A DNA stretch of 64,000 bases, taken from Octopus bimaculoides. Taxonomy: Eukaryota. The DNA lies in the NCBI RefSeq assembly GCF_001194135.2, contig NC_068999.1:41137871-41201870 (forward strand). The letters are read 5' to 3'. Below are positions 52,604-64,000 of the stretch, in pieces. The notes below the pieces were generated by a model. That model did no database searches. It worked only from the letters and a program-made list of their open reading frames with translations, and was not told where the DNA came from. A program made the position numbers and the translations under genes. The first letter of the stretch is position 1. The number at the start of each line of letters is the position of its first letter.

Positions 52604-52965
52604 GATAGATAGGTAGGTAGGAAGTTTTAGAAAATACAGGAGCGTTGAGAAATGAAATTACGTTTTGCATAGTAATTACAATTTTTAAATTAAACTTTAA
52701 ATTGGCTACTCTTTACCTTAACAAGGTTTATTTTTTAAATTTGATCTGAAAGAATTAGCTCTTTTAAAACGTTCTTCACACGAACTTGAACTTTCCGTAA
52801 TGTCACGAATAATACACTGACAATTATATTTAAAAGTACACTCTAACCCACTGGTACAAAACCTGTTGCAGAAACGGGACTTTTTCAGTTCTATATATAA
52901 GAGATGCAGAATTATCTACATTATTTACATTTGACAAATATTTGTCCACATCTTCTTTGTTGTTA

Positions 52966-53007
52966 ACACAACGTTTCGGCTGATATACCCTCCAGCCTTC
53001 ATTCAAG
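52966..53007 (-). ncRNA. Degenerate hammerhead-like motif of a second Penelope-like family
   Basis: Minus strand reads ..UUGAAUGA A GGCUG-GAGGGUAUAU-CAGCC GAA ACGU U GUGUU. The 5-bp stem II and GAA-ACGU are intact; the CUGA part is damaged. Confidence 0.45.
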
Positions 53008-53345
53008 TCTTGGGGTGGATTCATTCGACAAAATATCTTCAAGGCGGTGCCTCGGCATGGCCGCAGTTTAATGTTGAAACAAGACAAAAAAGACAAAAGT
53101 TCTCAACCCAACGCCCTTACAATTCTAATAGTGATATTTTTTTTTAATGGCAGAGCAACATATATTTATGAAAGGAGATAGCTGGTGAAATCAAGTAGTC
53201 AACTGGATTTTTTTCCATCAGACACGAAGCAGTTAAATGAAATTTTGACTTGTTGAAAACAAATGTCAAATCGTTTTATTGTTTTTCCTGCACTCCTTAC
53301 TAATTCTTTCATTAAAAGAAGACAAATATATGTGTTCTCTCATAT

Positions 53346-53694
53346 AGGGGTGTATGTGTGATAAGTAGCTTGCTTACCAACCATACGGTTCTGGCTTGTC
53401 CCATTGCGTGGCACCTTGGGCATGTGTCTTCTACTATGGCCTCGGGCCGACCAAAGCCTTGTGGTTGGATTTGGTAGACAGAAACTGAAAGAAGCCCGTC
53501 GTATATATATATGTGTGTGTGTGTTTGACAATCGAAGCTGGTGTGTTTACGACCCCCGTAACTTAGCGGTTCGGCAAAACAGACCGATAGATTAAGTACT
53601 AGGCTTACAAAGAATAAGGCGTGGGGTCGATTTGTTCGACTAAGGGCGGTGCTCCAGCATGGCTGCAGTCAAATGACTGAGACAAATAAAAGAA
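53346..53694 (+). mobile_element. SINE family B (tRNA-derived head, internal microsatellite), near full-length
   Basis: AAGTAGCTTGCTTACCAACC..GCGTGGCACCTTGGGC..GTCTTCTACTA..GCCTCGGGCCGACCAAAGCCTTGTG..GGATTTGGTAGACAGAAACTGAAAGAAGCCCGTCG-(TA)n(TG)n-..GGCGGTGCTCCAGCATGGCTGCAGTCAAATGACTGA. Confidence 0.85.
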
Positions 53695-54243
53695 CAGATT
53701 TAGTATCGATTTAATTATCCTCAGTATTCTATTGGTAGAAAATTCCTGAATTAAAAACCGAAGCAGACATCGTGATTCGAAATCCCAATATAATAGAATA
53801 TAAATGTATCCTCCAAAATATTTTGTTTAAAATTCTGCTATGTCTACCACGCCAATGCTAATGTTGAAACCAAAATAATATTTAAAGATAGCGAAATAGA
53901 GAAAAAAAATTAGGAAACAAAAAATAAAGCGAATAAAAACAAAACAGCATAGAAATTTTTTTGCTAATATTTAATTTATTCGGTGGAAATGTTATATAGA
54001 CTGGTGCCAGAGTGAAACCTGTCTGGTTCTGGAGATACAGTGTTGGTTTTAATGAGATTTTCACGGATGGTTCTTAGAATATACGAAACCCGGGAAGTTT
54101 TATAATGCATGCTAAATTACATATAATTGGAAATAATGTGATCTTTTACACCGATACACTTGTGTGTATAGATTTGACATTGTTATATATACACACAAAT
54201 GAGTGTATGTACATACATATATATACACACATATGTCTGTGTG

Positions 54244-54284
<41 letters not shown>

Positions 54285-54366
54285 ATGTATACATATATGT
54301 GCATATATATAAAATACATATATGTGCATATATACATATATATATATACATATATATATATACAAT

Positions 54367-54442
<76 letters not shown>

Positions 54443-54452
54443 NNNNNNNNNN

Positions 54453-54521
<69 letters not shown>

Positions 54522-54985
54522 GAGACACGGATATCGATAGACTGACGGAGAGATAGATAGATAAGATAAGATAAGATAAGATAGTAACATATGCACGTGC
54601 GCACGCACACATTAGTGCGTGTGCGTGCGTCGATGTGTTTCTGTATCGGATATAATTGTGTGTCAGCGTGTGGTCTTTGTTTTATTTGATACGATTTCTA
54701 GTTCTCTGCTTGCATTCGAAACGAGAACAAAACACTGTTGGGGGAATGACGCCATGGACATTCCCCCAGCAGTGTGTGTGTGTGTGTGTGTCTGTGTTTG
54801 TGTGTGCATTACTGATTTGCAATGTGTATATACGTATGTGTGTGGCAAATATGTTCGCTTGCATTTCTATGTCAAATCTTCAATATGCAGAAAACTAATA
54901 CATAGGCCTGACCGTGTGATTAAGTATTCAGTTTCGTATCTGCGTCGTTCCAGGTTTAATTTTAAAGCTACTGGTTTATGTTATA

Positions 54986-55450
54986 TATTGTTGTCCGCTG
55001 TGGTCTCCCTCCCTGAAACAGTATATTATAAAAATCGAAGCAGTCCAGAGATCGATCACAAGTAGAATGGGCCGCCTGACAGCTCTTGGTTAGTGGGATC
55101 GTCCCGAGAAACTGATTTTATTCCCTCCAACGCCGCCGCGAGCTTTGTACCATTGGTATGATGAGGAAAATATTCCAGCAGCAGTGCACAACTGATGTTG
55201 GCATTTAATTTAAAATTCACCAAAGACATGGTCCTCTTGCTGTTCGTCCTCAACGAAAGTCGTGTCCGCATAACATCACAACACTCAGGCAGAACTACTT
55301 CAACTCAACGGGTGCTGCTCTCCTTAACATCATTCCAAGATACATAAGAGATGAAAAAGATACCCAAAACTGTTCCTGGACGAATAATTTCATAGAAAAT
55401 CCCAGATAAACCACCTGCCCTGCAAAAAATAACTCTCCTGGAATGGGCTA
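54986..55450 (+). mobile_element. Decayed CR1/L2-type LINE, C-terminal end of ORF2
   Basis: YCCPLWSPSLKQYIIKIEAVQRSITSR, YSLQRRRE, TTLRQNYFNSTGAALLNIIPRYIRDEKD, PDKP..NSLLEWA, with frameshifts and an internal deletion. Confidence 0.8.
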
Positions 55451-56298
55451 TGGCGCCCAAACAATGATTCGTATGAAACACCTTTAAGTGTTTTTTTCCA
55501 AGTGGTGGTCTTAAGTTAGACATGGGGGGCCAATGCTGGCCAAAGCTTTATCGATTTAATCTTTGTGTTAAATACACTACCGCAGAATACCGCAAGGCAA
55601 TGAGAAACTAACGGCTACCTTTACAACTAATCTTCCTGGTTCGCCCATTTTATTTATCTTGACACATTATGGATATTCTTAAACACCAGGAATACATCTC
55701 ACGACCTCCTCCATTTGTCGCCCCAAAAGTCGGCATGGGATTCTTTTATATATTCCTTTGAGGGCATATGGAAGCTTTCTCCTAAGTATTTTCCGTAGGC
55801 AGGCAGACACATATTTCCAATGCTCTCTTGTTATTGAGGAACCGATCTGTATCGATCAGCTACGATCTGATTAGCAATGCTAGCATAATTTCGGTTAATG
55901 CTCTTCTTATTAACGCCATTTGAAATGCCATTATTTTTTCATTTGTTAAAGTGTAAACGTTGTGCTGTGGTTGTGTGTGTGTGTGTGTGTGTGTATAGTA
56001 GTAGTAGTAGTAGTAGTGTAATAATAATAATACTAATAATAATGTAATAAATACAAACTCTAGTCACACGTTATTTAATTTTTTGAGAGACAGTGAGAGA
56101 ATACAAAAAAAATTCCAGTTTTACTTTAAAATGATGAACTGAAAAGAAAGAGATGGAGGAAAAGAGAGAACGGGAGAGGGAGGAAAGAGAGAGAGAAGAG
56201 AAAGCGAAAGAAAGTGTGTGAGGAATCAATAGTATGCCTCCAGCAGAAGTCTGAAAAGTAACTTTTATGAATAAAAATCGATTCTATCTATCACCTTG

Positions 56299-56336
<38 letters not shown>

Positions 56337-58088
56337 NNNNNNNNNNNNNNNNNNNNNNNNNNNNNNNNNNNNNNNNNNNNNNNNNNNNNNNNNNNNNNNN
56401 NNNNNNNNNNNNNNNNNNNNNNNNNNNNNNNNNNNNNNNNNNNNNNNNNNNNTATATATATATATATGTATATACATTTATGAGTATATAGTTAATATTG
56501 AAATCTCGAAAGAAAATTTAAAGTTGTTCTTCTTAATAGCCAATAGCCAATATCCAATAATCATACATCTATTTATTTATTTATTTTACCCTCTATTCCA
56601 TAACAGATTCAGTGACCGACCGAAATAACAAAAAAACGGAAAACGATATGTACGAATTTCGTTTCGTTTCGGTCTGCGTTGGAATATATTAGTTCCCCGG
56701 TCTCCCTTGCTGTGTTTTTTTTTTTATTTAGTAATTTTTTTAGTCAGTTATTTCATGAAAAATGTTTGATATTGCTACAGTTGAGTTGATTAGATTGTGT
56801 TGATTGTCTTTCTTTTAACTGGACACAAACGCCTTAGTATTCTAGTAGAAACGTTGTTAATGTTGTGATATTTATAATATTTATTTGTTTTGTTGTTGCA
56901 TATTGGAGGGAAGATTTAAGGATGGAGATGGTGTGTGAAGCGGGTGGTGGGACGACAGAGAAAAAGATAATCAACTGATTGTAAGACTAGTCCTTTTGGT
57001 GTAAATATTGGGAGAACGATAAATTACAGACGATATTCTGATAAATTTGGGAAGAAAAGTTTTCATTATATTACCAGAATGGTGGCAGGGTTGGGCTGGC
57101 GGTTTTATATAATCTTCGTCTTTTAGATGTTCAATCATTATTACTTATATTTTTTGTATTTATCTACGAATTGTCGTGTGTGTATGTTGTGTGTGTATAG
57201 TAGATGTTTGTTCTTGTGTGTTTTAATTGCAGATATTATGTATACGCAATATAAGTGTGTGTGTGTTTGTGTGAGTGTTCGCATGTATGCTTGCGTGCTT
57301 ATGCGCATGTGTTACAGTGTTTGTGTTTGAAAGAGCTTATGTTTTCATGTGTGGTTATGAAGATGTTTTTTTATGCAATTTGTGTGTTTTTTGTGTTGTT
57401 TTTCAGTGTGTATTTTGTCCGCTTACGAAAAAGCTTGCGTTTGAAAGTGTTTGAGTTCGGGTGTTGTTGTATGTGTAAAACTTGAAATGCTGCTGTACAT
57501 GTTACGTGTCTATATGTTTCTACGTAGCCGTGTGTGTATATATATGTGTGTGTGTGTGTGGTTGTACGCATTGCAGTTATAGACACAGTAGGATGCTGGC
57601 CTAAACGCATTACGTTATTTCCTTTTGTTTGTTCCTTGTTTTCAGTTCGAATACTATGAGATTCAACCTTCACCTCCCACCCCCTCCCATTTTGGGGTGA
57701 AGATCAAATAATGAGTTAGTCAAAGGCTTCAGACCCTTCAAAGAAAAATTTGACTTTCTTCTGAGCAAAAAAAAAAAAAAAAAANNNNNNNNNNNNNNNN
57801 NNNNNNNNNNNNNNNNNNNNNNNNNNNNNNNNNNNNNNNNNNNNNNNNNNNNNNNNNNNNNNNNNNNNNNNNNNNNNNNNNNNNNNNNNNNNNNNNNNNN
57901 NNNNNNNNNNNNNNNNNNNNNNNNNNNNNNNNNNNNNNNNNNNNNNNNNNNNNNNNNNNNNNNNNNNNNNNNNNNNNNNNNNNNNNNNNNNNNNNNNNNN
58001 NNNNNNNNNNNNNNNNNNNNNNNNNNNNNNNNNNNNNNNNNNNNNNNNNNNNNNNNNNNNNNNNNNNNNNNNNNNNNNNNNNNNNNNN

Positions 58089-58133
<45 letters not shown>

Positions 58134-58204
58134 CACCAGGTGGTGCTATTAAGTTAGACGTGACCTGGGCATTCACACACATTCACACACATTCAGAACA
58201 CACA

Positions 58205-58370
58205 CATGAAGTTCTTTCCATAAGCTTCCCTTCAATCGAGTTTACTCACAAGGCACTAGTCGCACCAAGACGATATTAGAAGACACTTTCTCAAGGAGCC
58301 TCACTGTGGAACTGAACCCAAGGCCACGTGGTTACAAAGCTAACTATTGATTCTCACAACCGTGCCTACG
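58205..58370 (-). mobile_element. SINE family B head, diverged
   Basis: TACTCACAAGGCA..AGAAGACACTTTCTCAAGG..GGAACTGAACCC. Confidence 0.6.
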
Positions 58371-60556
58371 TCTAGCCTCAACTATTAATTTTAATCGTGC
58401 GCTCGTAGGTTTGAGATATATCCGTGTTCGATATATCCGTTTCTCAAACGATTCTTAATGCTCAACATGATAAATCCAGTCTCTACCATAGGTTTCGCTT
58501 ACAATACGTTGTGATCTTGAATATACTGCAAAATATCCAAACATGAAAGACTAAAATCACATGCGAAAGTGCAGTATAATTATACAGTGTACCTATTCTA
58601 TACCTTGTTGGTCTCTGATATTAGCAGTTTATTCGTCAAACTGTCCATATATCGCCAGCCGATATACACTCAAGGATCAGGATGGAATACTACCATTAGT
58701 CCTTAAGCAATTTCATTGGTGATCAGTCTTTTGCAAACTGTCGACCTTATGATAACACTTGTCCCTTCTGAACCCTCACCACCAGTTCCTGCAAAAAACT
58801 TTTGAACTCATGTTTCTCATGCGATTATTTGGGGATATTTGCAAATAGTCGTACTTCATAAAGTTTATAAACCCACTCCTCAGCGGTTGTTGGTGATCAG
58901 TTATAGCTGTTTCTAAACTGGCCTTCATATTCGGTTTCTGGTCAAAATTCTTGCAAAAATAATCCGAAATCAAAATATATTTTTGAGAAAATCCCAGAAA
59001 GGAAACTTGAATGAGTGTCAGACCGTAAGTGAAAGGTATCGATGTTTCGTTCCTTCGCACGTCTATATCCATAGATTTGACCCACAGATGTACTTTGTCA
59101 TGTTCACTTAGTGAGCATACCTTACAAGATAAAGCTTTCATACGGCCCTATACTGCTCAAAGTGCGAAATACTTTTAGGTGTCCGGGTCAGTTACATCTA
59201 ATGCGCCTCATTTACTTCTAACGACATCCTTGATCATTTCTAGCCATTATTCGTTTAATTAGTGCTCAGAGAAAGCACATTTTCGAGTCATGCCTGATTC
59301 TAATCGAATGTCATTTGTAGCAATAAGAACGAATTTAAAAGGCTTCACAATAAATCTCTTCCACTCAGCTCCCCTCCGTATTTGTTAAATGAGACGCTAA
59401 ATAGGCTCTCATCAACGACACGATGTATCTAATTAATACAAGTTGATATTAAGAGAAGTTTATGAGCAAATTTGATTCAGATTTACACGTTTTGTCAATA
59501 AATAAAACGGTTCATGCGCTTCACACACTGAGGTCGTTTTAGTCCCTTATATACCGAAGGACAGTAGGAAATAGATGTGCAATTAAGTATTTCGTGTTGC
59601 AACTAAATGGTTTCAGGTGCGACCACACTAGGCAACATATTTCAACATACGAGTCGACCCAAACAAAGAAGCTGGTCGGAGGAGCATCAGCAATCCCTCT
59701 CTCACACACTCTTTTATATATATATAACTGAGTGCATGTGTGTGTATGTAAGTATGTATATATGTATTTGTGTAACACCTACCTGACAGTAGTAAACTGC
59801 AATGTGGAAACATTTGTCATTTGAACGCAGAACTTTGAGACTCACAAACATGAAACTACAGGTTATTTAAGTGTGTATCAGTCCAGTTCTTTAACATGCA
59901 ATTTCGTCATACTATTACATATTCTAATATAGCTAACTAAAGTTTCTTTTTTCCATTTTTTTTCTTTAAGTTCTTCCTCGTTTTTATTTTATTTTTATAT
60001 TTTCAATTTGTACTTTCCTTTTAAACTTGTTTTGTTGCCAGTTAATTTCACTTCCTTTTCGGTGTAACCTTCTCCTTGTTTCCTAGCTTTACTAATTCCC
60101 ATTTTTCTTTCCATGGAATATTTCCAAGAAAATCGATGCACTGAAAGGTTTTGAAGTCTCGTTTTATTTCCTTGAAAGAAATCAATTGATTTTATGTCCG
60201 CATCAATCAAATGAAAGCCTTCAGTTTGAAGTCGGAACCCAAGTTTAGGAGTTTATAGAATTTCTCTCTCAAAACGTCACTCATGCCAACTTCATTTCAC
60301 TAAGATTCATTGGTAAAGCAGTTTTATACGAGCAAACGTATCCAAACATTACATCGTTTCGATGTTTCCTCGTTTCTTTATCTCCACTTTTCATATGGAT
60401 GTATGCATAGGTAGACGTACGGATGGATTTAAACATGCATGCCTTTTAGAATATGTGTATACGCGTTTATTGATGCATGTATGCAAAATTATTGTAGCGC
60501 CATATGTTGCATATGTGTGCATACACACACACATACACATACATTCTCTCTTTCTC

Positions 60557-60615
<59 letters not shown>

Positions 60616-60726
60616 CACATATATACATCACATGCATATATACATGTATGTATATCAATATGTATAGTGTAGTGGCATATATGTAAGTACATGCACACAC
60701 GCTCACACACATATACATTCTCTCTT

Positions 60727-60781
<55 letters not shown>

Positions 60782-60951
60782 AACATATATATATACATAT
60801 ATATATATATATTTGTATATATCTATATATGCATTTATATGTATATATATATGTATAAAAGAATATATGCACATATATACATCACGTATATATACATGTA
60901 TGTATATCAATATATATGAATATATATACACACACACATATATATACATGT

Positions 60952-61000
<49 letters not shown>

Positions 61001-61579
61001 CGTTTCATTCTGGTAACATACGTTTATTGTTGTGACGTAAATATTCCTGAAATCGAGAAAGGTATACATATATCTATAAATGTGATGTGCTCAGGTGATA
61101 TGCTTTGGTGTTAGCATTTTTAACTTCGTGCCAAATCATTTTAATTTGTTCTTAAAAGGAGCAGCTATTTAAAAAAAAAGATAACGCAATAGATCTAGCG
61201 TGGTACGGTGGCACTAGGAGAAGTGATTATTCTATGAGATCAAATAGTTTTGTATTGTAATAGTCATGAATAATTCGATTGTCTGTTATTCTTCGTACAA
61301 TCGATGAGTATATAGACTTTCTAAAGCTAATATTACGCTAGACATCGTCATAACATCTCTCTACATCAAATCCCAACAACACACTCCATATACAAAAAAA
61401 AAACATCTGATACCTGAAATAACGAACGACACAAGAGTACGTCAGACTACCTCCGCGGTTATTTCATCATTTCGTGTGTGTGTTTTGCTGTGTGTGTGAG
61501 TTGCTCTCTCAAGAGGAATACCGTAGCATTACGGCGTTCTTACAGTACATCCACATTAAATAAGATACAAAAATTGTTT

Positions 61580-62360
61580 TATATGTGTGTTTGGTTGTAA
61601 TGTGTGTATGAATACAAGTACATGTATGTGTATGTATTTATACGTAGATATGTATATGCGTGTGTATGTATATTTGTATCTATGAACGTGTGTGTGTGTA
61701 CGTATATATCTGTAAATTTATGTGTGTCTGTATGTATTTATACATGTTGCTCTGAATACAATTTAAGTGTGTATTTGTGTGTGTGTGTGTGTGTGTGCTG
61801 CTTAAATAGAAAAGTGTTCGTGTACGCATCAAAATCACATAAATTGAAATATGCCTTTATACGAACCGATACTTGCATTCCTTAATGAATAGCATATGCA
61901 CACGTACATACCCATGCACTTATCAGCACACATATATACATATATACATACATACATGTGTGCATACATACACATATACACATACATACACACATACGTA
62001 CATGCATACATAAATACACACATACATATATACATACACATACATACATACACATATATACTCATTCATACCTACACACTCATACATACACACACATATA
62101 TACATGCTCACACATTCATACATGCACACATACACACACACGCATGCATACATACACACATACACTGATGCATGCATGCATACACACGCATACGTACGTA
62201 CATAGAATAGACACATGCATACATATATAAATACATACATACATACACGTACATACATACATAATAGACGCATGCATACATACATACATACATACATACA
62301 TACACACATACACGCATGAATTAATCGTTCCCATATACATATATACACTCACATTCATGC
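61580..62360. repeat. Long compound TATG/CATA/CA microsatellite field
   Basis: Near-continuous RY repeats. Comparable fields occur at 12840-13230, 17620-17990, 18200-18900, 44520-45650, 54170-54620 and 60500-61000. Confidence 0.9.
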
Positions 62361-64000
62361 AATTACGGTGAAATTTTCAATTGAACCAAGATCTTTACCA
62401 AATCTAGAAAACAAAAACAAAAGGCTTCCAAAAATCCCTCAATATGTGCTACGAAAGGAATGAAAAGATCTTAGATTGTAAAATATCTCAGAAATTCGCA
62501 TTTCTGTGCGAAGAAATTACGCCAACAAACTACACGAACGGAGAAGATAGAAACTGCTTTATCCAGCAGAACAAACTATTAAAAACATGGGGTTATAAGA
62601 ATCGTGAAAGTAAGCCCGAAATTAAAAAGAAGCAGGTAGAAATGACATTATTGCGCAGATACCTTATGAACGAATCGAAACGAATGAAGGTACTCACACA
62701 TTCGTGTACTCAACGAAAACATACACCCATTTTACATCACAACAAGGATATACACACAAGCAGCTGTAGATATGCACTCAATACCTTATGTACACAGTCA
62801 CAAATTCCAGGAAGTATCTTCTCCTATAAAACAAAAATGCAGATTGCCGTGAATTCTGCAAAGAACTTTAAATACATTTCAAAGGCGAACATGTTTATAT
62901 ATAGATATGCACACACACGCTCACACACGTACATATACATGTATGTGTACATGTATGTGTACGTGTATGTGTACGTTTGTGTGTGTGTGTGTGTAATATG
63001 AAAGCAATAAACATACATGATGTAGCAGTAATATATACACCGTCTCATCTATCGATTAACGATTTGTACTCATGGCTTGAATATATAGAAACACATTAGG
63101 TAGATAGGTTGGGGGGGGAGCGTTTGTGTCAGTGTGCGCGCATGCATCATATACATGTAGATATTTTACGTTTAAAAAAAACATATTTAAAAACATACAA
63201 ACATGCAATATACATATACACACCGAAACACGCTTACACATATCTGTGTAAATATAGACATCTATGTAGCGAGTCAGACAGACAGATAGATAGATAGATA
63301 GATAGATAGATTGATACATACATGCACACACATACAGAGAAAGATAGATAGAGAGAGAGACAGATAGATAGATACATACACATATACATACATTTATACA
63401 TTCATACGCACATACATACATACATACATACATTGATATGCTTTTATCAGTGTGAGAGTGCACTTAAAATATGAATATATATACACACAGATACATATAT
63501 TGCCTCAATGCAAGCAAAGCCCAACAACAAATACGGTGTCTAAACTTACTTTCATACACTGGTTCACAATCTCCTTATATCATTCAGTCATAAGAACACA
63601 CACAAACACACCTATAACCAGTGATATACAGACAGACACAGACACAGACACAGTCGCATATGCGCCGCTACACATGCACACACACACGTGTGCACTTAAC
63701 TATAAAACTCGTCACTAGGGAATGCATATAGTTGAAAATGGAAAACGAAATTTCTATAGTTACGAGAAAATTTAAGCCAAGAATTATCAATTGAATTCAC
63801 TTAATAAGGCGAACGCATCATAAATAACTCTGCAGAAATCAAAGCAATTCAATTAAGTCATGCGTAGTCTGTTGCTGGAATCAACTGTTCTCTCTACAAT
63901 GAACTGTCAACCAATTCCAATACAGATCTGAAGTTGTCAGACGCTTGCGGACAGCTTTCTCTTACTAGAAATTAAACCGTTAAGACATTACATTATAATA

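Noticed and set aside
57646-57711. Strong pyrimidine tract plus CAG acceptor after the second cadherin exon
   Set aside because: The phase-0 frame (FEYYEIQPSPPTPSHFGVKIK*) stops quickly and lacks the expected xPVG cadherin continuation; there is no donor.
62444-63001. 185-aa plus-strand ORF in partly unique sequence
   Set aside because: No recognisable domain, no convincing acceptor, the 3' third is microsatellite, and it is not cadherin-like.

Overview
AT-rich, microsatellite-saturated eukaryotic genomic DNA with 14 assembly gaps (about 4.0 kb of N). The repeat content (tRNA-derived SINEs carrying internal (TA)n/(TG)n tracts, (ATT)n-tailed SINEs, dense dinucleotide repeats) looks like an octopus/cephalopod genome; this is inferred from pattern, not from a search. 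Almost every ORF in the supplied track is a microsatellite or N-gap artefact. The only host coding sequence I can support is two + strand exons (23947-24140, 49409-49498). They splice in frame across a 25.3-kb GT-AG intron and encode most of one cadherin repeat plus the NDNxPxF linker, resembling EC1 of PCDH15/Cad99C/CDHR-type cadherins. The rest is intron or intergenic DNA filled with decayed mobile elements: three Tc1/mariner transposase fragments, two CR1/L2-type LINE RT fragments, MITEs and several SINE families. The most notable signal is four Penelope-type minimal hammerhead-ribozyme motifs (CUGANGA-A-stem II-GAA-ACGU-H), one with an intact core. A 139-bp TA-flanked foldback in the cadherin intron is also worth checking. 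These belong to known classes; I see no well-supported wholly new system.
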